From an uncultured Nitrososphaeraceae archaeon (GTDB lineage Archaea; Thermoproteota; Nitrososphaeria; Nitrososphaerales; Nitrososphaeraceae), in contig CAVZZA010000003.1 in NCBI GenBank assembly GCA_963779615.1, forward strand, positions 256,001-320,000: 64,000 nucleotides of DNA. The letters run 5' to 3'. Positions within the stretch are counted from its first letter, which is position 1, and every line of letters starts with the position of its first letter. The position numbers were made by a program, and so were the translations under genes. Of this stretch, positions 1-10,786 are shown one piece after another. The notes below the pieces were generated by a model. The model was not told the DNA's origin. It saw only the letters and a program-made list of their open reading frames with translations, and did not search any database.

Positions 1-335
1 TCTATAGAGCCCCAATTGTGATTGGGGCTTTAGTGCGTACCAGTAAATTCGCATAGCAGAAAAAAAAAGCAATGCACAGTTCGTTCCTATGAAAAGACAT
101 TAGACAAGTTTACTGGGGTATAATACATTATATCTAAGATATATATAGCGACAAGAGAGAACAACTGGAATGCAACATTCAATATCCTGGGGAGATAACA
201 CTTAACTGTTACTTACATGCAATATTATGACTAGAAGTACACTTTATATAATATATTCCTGTTCCATGGTCTTATGAAAGGGGAAAAGGATCATGCATTG
301 ATTAGAAGTTTAGAGCATGGAACACTGCTTTTTCG

Positions 336-1115
336 ATGGGAAGAAGGGGAAAAACAATGACTGACCACAAGATAGGAACACGTGAAGAGTGGCTTGCGGC
401 CCGGCTGGAGCTGCTCAAGGCCGAGAAAGCGCTTACGCGGCGTAGCGACGAACTGGCGCAGTGGCGACAGAGGCTGCCTTGGGTTCGAATCGACAAAGAA
501 TACCGTTTCGAGACCGACGAGGGCATGGCGTCCCTTGCCGATCTGTTCAGAGGACGCTCGCAGCTCCTCATATATCACTTCATGTTCGGACCCGATTACA
601 CAGGCGGCTGCCCAGCATGCTCTGCGATCGCAGACGGCTTTAACGGCTTTGCCGTGCACCTTGAGCACCACGACGTCGCTATGATCGCGGTCTCACGCGC
701 CCCATTAGCCGCGCTCCAAGCCTACAAGCGCCGTATGGGCTGGACTTTTACGTGGGCCTCGTCACTGAATAGCGATTTCAACTACGACTTCAACACCTCG
801 GTCACTGAGGAGCAGCAGCGCTCCGGCAGCATCGAATACAACTACAGCACGCTCGGCACGACACCCGACTCGGTTAGCGTAGGAGATTTCGCGGCCATGA
901 CCGGCACCGACGTCCCTACCTACACCCGCGAGGCGCCGGGCATGAGTGCGTTCGCACTCGCCGACGGCGTCATCTACCACACATACTCCACCTACGCGCG
1001 CGGCCTCGACGCGCTCTGGGGAATGTACCAGTGGCTTGACCGGGCACCGAATGGGCGAAACGAAACTGGGCCGTGGTTTAGGCGGCACGACGAATACGCA
1101 CGAAATTCTCGATAG
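336..1115 (+). CDS. DUF899 family thioredoxin-like protein
   Basis: REEWLAARLELL...RRLPW-like start, YHFMFGPD, CPACS, HTYSTYARG, LDRAPNGRNE; visibly GC-rich compared with flanks. Confidence 0.85.
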   Translation: MGRRGKTMTDHKIGTREEWLAARLELLKAEKALTRRSDELAQWRQRLPWVRIDKEYRFETDEGMASLADLFRGRSQLLIYHFMFGPDYTGGCPACSAIADGFNGFAVHLEHHDVAMIAVSRAPLAALQAYKRRMGWTFTWASSLNSDFNYDFNTSVTEEQQRSGSIEYNYSTLGTTPDSVSVGDFAAMTGTDVPTYTREAPGMSAFALADGVIYHTYSTYARGLDALWGMYQWLDRAPNGRNETGPWFRRHDEYARNSR

Positions 1116-2386
1116 CGGTCGCCAAACAGAACGAATGATCGGGAAATTTTGAAGCACCACCACCGGGTACGTTGAATCCCGAAGTTGCCCGGTACGTTGA
1201 AATAATGCATTCATTACCTATTACCAAATCTATGAACACAGACCACCCAAGCCCTCTATTTGTTGATCAGAGGACATTGCATAACCCCTGATTTTCGAAA
1301 CTCAATTTGTGAACACTTATTGGCAAATAGTGACTCCTTTTTCTATTTCTAACATTCTGTTCAAGCAGGCATTTTGAATTGGAATCTAATGGTCGAAGTG
1401 AATTACACTTATCCAGCCAGGTCTGCAATATACTGGCAACTTCAGAAGCTGCTAACTAACTTTCTGAATGAACAGGTATGGCAAAAGAATGCGCCATAGT
1501 GCATACTCTGATCTGATATCGGTGTTTGAAGTAGTTGCTCGATCCACGGAATAGTATCGGTCTTGTTGCAACCAAAACTCTTTACGTAGGATATCAGCGC
1601 CTATGAAATAGATACGGCGATCTAAAACGTGGTCCAAAACACAGGCTAATTTTTCAAACTCATTTAATCAGCCTTTGACAAATATCATGCCATTGACCTT
1701 GCCCTAGAGAAAAGAAATTGTTCCCTTAGGACTAAATTCAATCCCCTGGTTTGAATTCATAAAATTTAAGGTTGGAAATTTCAACAGTATTCATATTCAT
1801 GATTTTTTACGGTTTGATTTTAAATAAATAGAAAATACAGATATACTCTATTATTCTTTGTATTGCAATTCCATGACATCTCAATGAATGGAATCTTGAT
1901 ACTATCAAAAATCATGTTGAAAAAGGTTATTTAGAAACTAAAAAATTTGAGTTTAAGTGAGCAAAAGAAGGTAACGATGCAAATGAGGATTCAAGAAACA
2001 TAAAAACTGCTTGTGCTTTTGCAAATACTGATTAGGGGTTTATTATTTTGGTGTTCATTATAAAAGAAAAGCAAATAAGGATAGGATTGTAGGTCTTAAA
2101 AATTCAGGCTTGTCAAAAGAATTTGGAGACGGAATTTCAGGTGTAAACCCTACAATAGATTTCGATTTTTCGAATCCGCCGATCAAAATACCAGGTAGCG
2201 AAAATGATCTTTATTGCTCGCATTAAGCTGAGTAGCCTGAGACCTCACATAAAAGTTGATTTAGGTGTCTTTTACGCGTTGCTATAAATTTAAGCTTCTT
2301 ATTTAAAATTCAGAATTTTTTTTGAAAATACCAATGGGGTGTCTTTTACTGTAAAATCCAATTTATAGTAAAATTTGAATATAGTA

Positions 2387-2413
2387 TGGGCCCAAAGGGC
2401 CTGGTGCCGACAT
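2387..2413 (-). repeat. Degenerate copy of tRNA-Ile 3' end (att-like scar 3)
   Basis: tgggcccaaagggcctggtgccgacat resembles tRNA end tgggcccaagggggtttg (8819) and the scars at 3752 and 7345. Confidence 0.5.
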
Positions 2414-2526
2414 CGGTCTTTAAGGCAGGTTCTAAAATGTCAGGGGATAACGCCAAACTTAAAGATTATGGATATAATCGTTATTTGTTCTGTGTTTATT
2501 TCAACTTTGCAAGTGCACTTATGCTG

Positions 2527-3503
2527 TCAGTCTACTCTTACACTTTGAATCATTTTTTCGCAATGTTCATCTGTCCAAACCCCAACACTTTGTAATCTAC
2601 CCTTCCATTTTTCTTCTGTTTTATCCACACACACACTTGTTAATGCATTAAAATATGCTTCTGTGACAGCAGCATTGTTTTGTTTGTCGATGTTTTCAGT
2701 CACCTGAGTAAAGTTAACATTATTTATAGCAAATTGTGAGTTATTTTTTAGGTCAGTTACATATTCTTTCTGTAGATCTATGTCTTCTTTTTGTACCCAT
2801 CTTACCATGTCCAGGCACGTAAACATCAAACTCATATCCCAAAGCTTGATCATAAGATCTCATCAAAGCAGGCACTTCTGGCGTAGCGGCAAGGTGTTTC
2901 CATGGCACCTCCCCTGGAGATAGTTGATCAACTGCCATTAAGACTTTTTGTTCCGGATTGTATATGAAAATGTTACCTCTTTGGTGGTACTGCCCAGGAT
3001 ACGTCAATTGCAATGTTTTATTTCCAAATGTCAGAGTAGTGTTGTCTACAAATGTTTTTGTTGGGACAGGTCGTTCAGGATCATTAGCCATTGTCAGAAT
3101 ATCCGCAGTATTCTTTTCTGCCATTATCTCTACATCAGGTTGAAAGAGATGTGCAGATCCAACATGGTCTCTGTGGGCATGACTATAAATAAGATATTTT
3201 ATGGGTTCGTCTGTGACCTCGGATATAGTCTTTGAGGATTCTATCACCTATACTGGGTGGTGCGTCAACTACAATAACACCCTCGCCAGTGGTCAAAAAC
3301 ATGACGTTGTATCCACCTGCCGATATAACATATACTCCATCTTTTATCTCCTGCAAATCGTAGTCGTTTTGAGCAACAGACCGGATGTTGCTTATATCCC
3401 CCATGGAAATCAAAAACATAAAAGTCAAAACTATACCTGCAAACGATGATACTAATCTCGTATACTGTATAGATAAAAATATGTTAGATTTCATATCAAA
3501 CAT
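2527..3503 (-). CDS. Secreted MBL-fold metallo-hydrolase, split over three ORFs by two single-base frameshifts
   Basis: N-terminal hydrophobic segment; GVIVVDAPP; YSHAHRDHVG (HxHxDH); YVPGHG. Confidence 0.75.
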
Positions 3504-3751
3504 TTTATCATATTTGTAAAACTTAATAAAGATTTTAAAATTATAATCACATGATTATAGTTTTAGGCAATTATCCGGTTGAATTTCTAATTTTTTTAAT
3601 ACCAGGATATACAATTTTGACAGCCATCACTTTCTCTTTGTAACGGTAAACATAAACATATTTTAAAAAATTTCCTTTTCATACTACGTGATCAACAGTT
3701 ATCAATAGCTCTAACAATTTATCACCGTGATAAATATATACACATAGGAAC

Positions 3752-3789
3752 GGGCCCAAAGGGTTTGGCAATAGGCATATTACAAGTCT
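3752..3789 (-). repeat. Degenerate copy of tRNA-Ile 3' end plus shared arm (att-like scar 2)
   Basis: gggcccaaagggtttggcaataggcatattacaagtct aligns to 7346-7383, mostly by transitions. Confidence 0.6.
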
Positions 3790-4073
3790 GATTCTTCAAT
3801 ATTTTTACTTGCTATTAACATTAAATCAAAGCATGTTGTACTAAAAATGACACTGAAAGTTGATTCAATAGGCCTTTGAATTTTATTATCACCAATCAAT
3901 TTCTTCATATTTTAATAGGGAGATTTTTAGACAATACTCGCTATTTCCATTTCTTTTATATCCCATCACTTTTACCATTTCAGTTGCATGCAACCATGTC
4001 AATCTCTTGTTTGCATCATCGCCCATTGGGAGAAGACCGAAGAATATAATGACAAGATGCAGATTGGGAAATA

Positions 4074-4989
4074 GTGATGAATACACCGTTGGCAGGCAAG
4101 GTTGCCTTGGTCGCCGGAGCGACCCGTGGAGCGGGACGAGGGATAGCTGTGCAGTTAGGAGCGGCCGGAGCGATCGTCTACGTTACTGGGCGTACGACAC
4201 AGTCAGAACGATCGGAAATGAGGCGACCAGAGACGATTGAAGAAACCGCGTCTCTCGTGGATGAAGCCGGCGGCCAAGGGATTGCAGTCCAAGTAGACCA
4301 CCTCATCCCTGACCAGGTGCGCGCGCTTGTGGCTCGCATAAGAGGCGAACAGGACGCCCTGCACGTTCTTGTGAATGATATCTGGGGCGCCACGACGATG
4401 GAATGGAACAAATCGGTCTGGGAATCCTCTTTGAATATTGGGCTGCGCACTCTGCGTCTGGGTGTGGACACGCACGCCATTACCAGCCACTTCGCGATAC
4501 CGCTACTCATCAAGTCACCCGGTGGTTTGGTTGTTGAAGTGACTGACGGAACTGATGAGTACAACGCGACCAACTACAGAGTCTCATTCTTCTATGACCT
4601 GGCCAAGGCATCAGTAAATCGAATGGCGTTAGCACTTGCTCACGAGTTGCAGCCATACAATGCAACGGCGGTATCACTCACTCCTGGTTGGCTGCGATCA
4701 GAGGCCATGCTCGAGTACGTACGGTGTCACCGAATCGAACTGGCGGGATGCAACAAAGCGCACACCTCACTTCGCTATTTCTGAAAGTCCTGCGTTCGTT
4801 GGCAGGGCCATAGCGGCGCTTGCACAAGATCCCAACGTATCGCGTTGGAACGGAAAGTCGTTGTCCAGCGGACAACTTGCGAAAATCTACGGGTTTACTG
4901 ATCTAGACGGTAGCCAGCCCGATTGCTGGCGGTACGTCACCGAAGTTCAGGACGCAGGCAAACCTGCCGATGTAACCGGATATCGATAA
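4074..4989 (+). CDS. SDR family oxidoreductase (one single-base frameshift near 4715)
   Basis: VAGATRGAGRGIA Rossmann motif, YDLAK catalytic motif; C-terminus continues in ORF 4636..4989; GC-rich. Confidence 0.85.
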
Positions 4990-5831
4990 CACCTGTGGAA
5001 GGCGACCTAGTTCTGTTATGATCCTCTTCACAAGCATGGCGTAGACGAAACTAGTAGCAAATGTTTATTTCTTTCGGCCGTCGAGCTAAAGAGGTTCCTA
5101 ATGAAATCTATCTCATTTGTTTTTGATTGTTTGGCTGTAACTCAGAATACACTTATCCCTTTTTGAAAAAAGTCCTTCAATGATGAAGCTATCAGGCTTG
5201 GGGTATTACAGATATCGGTTCTCTATAAGAGATTACAATACCAATATGATAATGTTTGATTTAAGGTGTACTTAGAACAGGTTTATGACCGGATTGAATC
5301 CAAACGTATTTGCATAAATTATATGAAAATCTAGTATTTTAAAAATTGTAAACCCAATATTTTGGTTAAATTTGACATGGCATAGGGTAGTAACAGATGA
5401 TTTTGAGGATGGATTCAGCGGAAACAATGATAAAATTTGCCGTGATGATCGCAATAATCACTGCCAAGAAAAAATACAGGGCCTTCAATAATCCACTTTT
5501 TCAATGACTATCAATATTTCTTATAAAATTTTTTTTGCAAATAATTTTTATATGTCTGTCATAAGAAGAGTTTTCAGATATAGGGAGTATCCATATACTC
5601 AATCATGGTGACAAGAGAAATTATAACTTATTTAGGTATTTAATCACAGGCCACCGCTATAAAGTAAGAGTATTCCACCTAACATTAAAAACAGAAACTA
5701 AAAAATAGGCAATGTTGAGGCCATCTGTAAGAAAAATTCTAAATTTATCTGGCTGTTGCCATATAAAATAAATATTTGGGCCATAATAAAACATATCTGC
5801 TTTTGACTATTACCGTAGCGTTGGATAGATA

Positions 5832-6749
5832 ATGGTAAAAAATCAAAAGGTGGCGGTTGTAACGGGAAGTTCATCAGGCATAGGATTTGAAACATCCTTG
5901 GCACTTGCAAGGAAAGGTTATGTTACCTACGCTACTATGAGGGATTTGCGAAAATCCAAAAACCTGGAGGGAATTGCCCATGATGCAAACGTTTCGCTGA
6001 AAACTATCGAGATGGACGTTGACCATGATCATTCGGTTGGGAACGCAATAGACAAGATTGTTGGTGAATCCGGCCGGATTGATGTGCTGGTCAACAATGC
6101 AGGGTTTGGTCTTTTTGGATCGTTGGAGGATCTTGAGATGGAAGAGATAAAAAAGCAATACGAAACAAATGTGTTTGGTGTAATAAGGGTGACCAAAAAT
6201 GTCCTTCCAACAATGAGACTCAGACAGAATGGAATCATAGTCAATATTAGCTCCATAGCTGGATTGGCAGGCGTTCCTTCCCAATCCATTTACTGTGGAA
6301 CGAAGTTTGCAGTTGAGGGCTTTAGCGAATCCCTGTCTTTTGAGGTTGAGCCTTTTGGGATAAAAGTGATACTTGTTGAACCGGGGGCAATAAACACGGA
6401 ATTTGCAAAGGATTTGATAGTGCCAACCAACAGGTATGGAGTTGGCAAAAATGCAGAATATGTCAATCAACCCGTTCATAAAGACAATGGGGATAATTTG
6501 TTGTCCTCCTATAGCAACACCATAGGAAAATTCTTGTCATTTTATTACAAGGCAATGAGCAACGCTCCCCACCCTGAGGTTGTTGCCAATGAGACAATCC
6601 GAGCAATAGAAAAAGTTTCTGATGGAAGCAATGCCGAACCTATTCTGAGGGTAACAGTTGGAAATGACTCTAAAAAGTATTCCAAATTAAAAAAGGAACT
6701 ATCAGACAGTGAATTTCATAAAACACTAAGAGAGGATTTGTTAAGGTAG
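5832..6749 (+). CDS. SDR family oxidoreductase
   Basis: TGSSSGIG, NNAG, YCGTK motifs. Confidence 0.92.
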   Translation: MVKNQKVAVVTGSSSGIGFETSLALARKGYVTYATMRDLRKSKNLEGIAHDANVSLKTIEMDVDHDHSVGNAIDKIVGESGRIDVLVNNAGFGLFGSLEDLEMEEIKKQYETNVFGVIRVTKNVLPTMRLRQNGIIVNISSIAGLAGVPSQSIYCGTKFAVEGFSESLSFEVEPFGIKVILVEPGAINTEFAKDLIVPTNRYGVGKNAEYVNQPVHKDNGDNLLSSYSNTIGKFLSFYYKAMSNAPHPEVVANETIRAIEKVSDGSNAEPILRVTVGNDSKKYSKLKKELSDSEFHKTLREDLLR

Positions 6750-7344
6750 GTTGAACTATTTTCAGTTGAGTGCCTTTCTTTTGAGATTATCATAACAAGA
6801 GGTTAAAAAGCCCCGCGTGAGAGCCTAAATCTATTTTAACATTCAAAGACAAAGGGTTCTGACGATACAGGGGCTCAGTCACTATTTCAGCTTTGAATAA
6901 GGGGGTTTAAGCAGGATAGGTAAATGGGTTCAATAACTTAATGCATAGTTGCAGTTTGATTTTAACCTTTAAATCAAAAGTAAAATCCGTATATGAGACA
7001 AACTAGCTGAAAGAATAATCACCACTTCGTCCATCTCTTTTGCCATAACCGCATTCTCAAGTTTCTGGCAATTGCATTTTTTCTGATTAAACGGATTTAT
7101 GATTTTTGCTTTCTTCTTTATCGTCATCAATGTCGTATTCGGTATAAACTATTTTTGGCATTCTCGATAGTATGTAATTGAGTTTATTAGCGTTTGCCTT
7201 AAATTCAATAGAAGAATATGGTGTGAACTTGATGAGAATCTTTCACACATAACAATATTTACTAAAAAGCCTGAAAACGATTTTATAACAATTGGAAAAG
7301 GTATACCCTTTAATGGTATTATAGAAATGATCCCTTGTGGTTAG

Positions 7345-7383
7345 TGGGCCCAAGGGGTTTGGTAACAGACATAATGCGGGTCC
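7345..7383 (-). repeat. Degenerate copy of tRNA-Ile 3' end plus shared arm (att-like scar 1)
   Basis: tgggcccaaggggtttg vs tRNA tgggcccaagggggtttg (one G missing). Confidence 0.7.
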
Positions 7384-8083
7384 AAATTTGCCGTTGCATA
7401 AGTCCCAACACCCACCATGAAAAGTTGTTTGGTGTCAAACTGAGGTGCAGGATCTGATTTGACATGCAGTATAAATGGAATAACCATATCATAGTCTGTC
7501 CATTGATCTCAATAATCAGTTTTTTAGTCCTTCAAAAAATTTTTGCCAATTTTGCTTTTATTCTGTTTTTTTCCATAGATATGATATGGGGAATTATGGC
7601 GTTTTCTGCATCCATAGAGGCACAGCACTGTCTTGCCGTCGGTGCTGAATCGATACTCCGCTATCCCATACGACAAAAGCGAAAGGGCAAAAAGTAAAGT
7701 TTTGGGTTTTGCTATTGTATGCGTTTTTTGTCGAATTGAAAACATCGATAAGGTCGGATTTGACATGACTTTAAAATCTACAATAGTTTTAGATGAGATA
7801 CCATAGAACACACCTTTTTGATAACATTAGAAAAACATGAAACGTGAGAGGGAATCCCTGCATACATGAATGGATTCCCATCTATGAATTGAATCATTAG
7901 TTGGGTGAACAGAGGGCAGAAACATCTAGCTAAATATCTACAATGGGCGGCATCAGAATGGGTTGTTCACACCGAGTTATCCGCGACCACTTTTAAAGCC
8001 AAAATTTTTAGATTCTATCAAGGCCCCTGAAATATTCAAGTATCGATAAATACTATTTTGCCTATATCATGAAATGACACCTT

Positions 8084-8696
8084 ATGCAAAATATTGGCGA
8101 TAAAATAGTCTATGACACCATGGAGGAAATCCTGAATCCTTCGCACACGGCATTGGTGCTGTGGGACGCCATAGACGCATTCACAAAAATGACTTTCAAC
8201 AGGGAGGAATTCGTCAGGAACCTGAATAATCTTGTGGAGGCTGCGCGTAAATCAAACGTTCCGGCATTCTTTACAACAATTCAGATCCTGCCAAAACGGT
8301 TCGAGTCTTCTGCTAACATTTACACCATGGGCAAACTTGGCTTTGACCGCCTGTTTGAACAGATTAAATCAGAAGCGATGGAATTCACAATAAAACCGAG
8401 ACAGGACGAGACGGTAATACACAAGCACACCGCAAGCATATTCATAGACACTGGCTTTGAGCGGATGCTCAGGAGCGCCGGCATTGTCACAGTTCTCTTC
8501 ACCGGCATTGCCACGGAGTGTGGAATAGAGTCCAGCGCCAGGGATGCTTTCAACAGGGGATTCTATTCGGTAGTGGCCTCAGACTGTGTTTCTTCACCAT
8601 ACAAAGAGGGACACGAAAGATCGATTGAGAACATGAAGAACCTCTTAACCGTCACAGAGTCAAGAGAAGATCCTAAAAGTTTGGTCAAAACTCTAG
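8084..8696 (+). CDS. Isochorismatase / cysteine hydrolase family protein
   Basis: TALVLWD, IHKHTASIF, GIATECGIESSARDA. Removing one base near 8668 gives ...REILKVWSKL* ending at 8696 and removes the overlap with the tRNA seen in ORF 8084..8845. Confidence 0.8.
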
Positions 8697-8818
8697 AAGC
8701 AGAGCATCCAACCCCCCATGCTTTGTCTCCATTCCTGTTTTCCTCATTGTTACTCGAGGAATTTGTCGTTGGAAAGACAATGAATAATTTTGAACCTTGG
8801 CTTTTGGCAAATTTATCA

Positions 8819-8892
8819 TGGGCCCAAGGGGGTTTGAACCCCTGACCTACCGGTTATGAGCCGGTCGCTCTACCAGGCTAAGCTATGGGCCC
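8819..8892 (-). tRNA. tRNA with CAU anticodon, most likely tRNA-Ile2 (agmatidine type)
   Basis: GGGCCCATAGCTTAGCCTGGTAGAGCGACCGGCTCATAACCGGTAGGTCAGGGGTTCAAACCCCCTTGGGCCCA folds as a cloverleaf; GGGCCC acceptor stem is typical of archaeal tRNA-Ile. Confidence 0.92.
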
Positions 8893-8953
8893 GTCATTTT
8901 ACTTTATCGAATCTATGACTGTATAAAGGTTTTGATTATCCCAAAGAAGACAT

Positions 8954-9616
8954 TTAACAAGCAATAGTATTGTCTACATATTTGCTTTTTACCGAATCTA
9001 ACAGCCTATTCTGGTCCTCAAGTGACAATACTACTGCATTCAATATCTTTTCCTTTTTGTCGTCAGATGATTCTTTTATTATGTTTTCCCAAATTTTAGA
9101 ATGGTAAATGTCTATTTCTTTGTGGATATTAAAATATTCATTGGATTCCTCATCAGTGATACCGTAAAACTTAGCAAGCCCATCTAATTTGGTTTCGCTT
9201 ATTTTTGGCAATTGTTTTTCAAAGGCATACAACACAGCAACAGCTTCCTCAAAGGATGATTCAGACAATTTGATCATATGGCCAACAGATTGTTTTGTCA
9301 AATCCTCACCAACACAATCCATCAACTCGGTTTTGTCAACCTGCAAAGAGGAGGAAAATTTAATCCATGGCTCAATGTGCTCACGCTCATCCTGCAGGAT
9401 AGTTTGAATCGAATTTTCGTATTTTCTAACTTTGTTTGTTTTCAAGGCGTTTTCTACCAACAGGGGAACTGCTTTTACCAATTGAAAATATTCTTTAGAA
9501 TAACCTGCCAGATGATCCAAAGTTAATTTGCCTTCTTGCCATAATCTATAGAAATCATGTTTTAACAAGCTGTATCTTTCTATTTCAAGATCAATCTGAT
9601 CAATTAAACTATGCAT
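8954..9616 (-). CDS. CADD/CT610-like (TenA/PqqC, heme-oxygenase-like diiron) protein, putative pABA synthase
   Basis: HDFYRLWQEGKL, EREH, YAFE, ISETKLDGL, YFNIHKEIDIYH. Confidence 0.75.
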   Translation of the reverse strand: MHSLIDQIDLEIERYSLLKHDFYRLWQEGKLTLDHLAGYSKEYFQLVKAVPLLVENALKTNKVRKYENSIQTILQDEREHIEPWIKFSSSLQVDKTELMDCVGEDLTKQSVGHMIKLSESSFEEAVAVLYAFEKQLPKISETKLDGLAKFYGITDEESNEYFNIHKEIDIYHSKIWENIIKESSDDKKEKILNAVVLSLEDQNRLLDSVKSKYVDNTIAC

Positions 9617-9727
9617 ACATCATTAAGAGTCATTTTCTTATAAAAAAACATTTTGACCAAGGTAAAAATAGGCAAATTAATGGAATAAGAAAGGATTTTA
9701 TAATATTCCTAAAATACACACATTGAA

Positions 9728-9824
9728 GCTCCGGTGGTGTAGAAGCACCCAAAGGCTGCACAGTCCGGTCAAGCATTGCGGCCTTTCGAGTCGCAAATCC
9801 CGGGTTCAAATCCCGGCCGGAGCA
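9728..9824 (+). tRNA. tRNA-Glu(UUC) with 21-nt non-canonical intron (9743-9763) in the D-arm
   Basis: GCTCCGG/CCGGAGC acceptor stem, anticodon TTC at 9785-9787, GGTTCAAATCC T-arm; removing the intron restores GGTGTAG|TCCGGTCAAGCA; TATA-like tttataata upstream. Confidence 0.92.
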
Positions 9825-9986
9825 TCGCTTCTTTTCCGACATATCAAAGTTTTGGCAACTTACGCCACAACAATAACACAAAATTTCAAGATAGTGAGGG
9901 AAACAGCAAAAAACCTACGTTTTCAAACTGTCCTCCTAATCACCTCAGTGTGGTAATGCCCACTAAAGTTGTTGCAGACACCTTAC
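9782..9986 (+). repeat. att direct repeat, left copy
   Basis: Identical to 28882-29086 except A9796/G28896. Confidence 0.95.
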
Positions 9987-10786
9987 CGAATTTGGTAAGG
10001 TCACCACCATCACCAAAGGAACAGCAGCAAAGCATATGGGCAGACTTTAAGAACTACCTGGTAAACGAGGGGCAGAGACAGCACAGCGTAAGGAACAAGG
10101 TGGGGTATGCCAAAAGATTCCATTACGTTTTGGAGTCAAAGGATGCCCGTGACCTTCTGAAACTATCGCACGGCTCGAAGGTGCACACCATGAAGGCTTT
10201 GGCGTCTTTGTCAAAGTTTTTGGGAAGATATGACGAGTGGTTGGAAATTGTGAAGAGGCACCAGTTGAAATGGTCAAAGCCCGACAACTCCGCCAAAGCC
10301 TTCAAGTCCATTTTTGACAGCGAGGGTGATGGCAAGAACCTTGAATCAATGGCAAGGTGGATCAGGGATGTCTCGGCGGCCCTGCCTGCAGAATACAGGA
10401 ATATCCTGGTGTTCAACACACTAACCGGCCTTAGGCCGGATGAGGCACAGAAGGCCATTCATTTGATAAAGACCAAAGGGCAAGAATACATCGACAGAGA
10501 CAGGATGATACTAAAGCACTACCAGTTTCCCAAAACCTTTCTAAGGCAAACAAAGAACGCATACATCAGTGTTGTCAACCTAGACATTCTGGAAATGACA
10601 AAGAACACCATTGACAAAGAACATTACTACCCGTCATTGCGCAAGAGGATAGAAGCCACAAAGGGTTTTGGAATGAGCATGATTTATTGCCGCAAGGTCT
10701 TTGCCACCTTTCTGAGGAACAGGGGCATCGAACCGGAAATAATAGACCTGCTGCAGGGCAGGATATCCAGCTCTGTGTTTGTGAAC

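Noticed and set aside
8-29. Hairpin agccccaat-tgtg-attggggct at the window start
   Set aside because: Isolated, with no upstream context in the window to interpret it.
8697-8845. Isochorismatase C-terminus overlapping the tRNA, resembling a split-gene att
   Set aside because: The overlap disappears when one base near 8668 is removed; the protein is not an integrase.
9630-9956. ORFs 9630..9881 and 9723..9956
   Set aside because: They overlap tRNA-Glu and the att repeat; no protein-like features.
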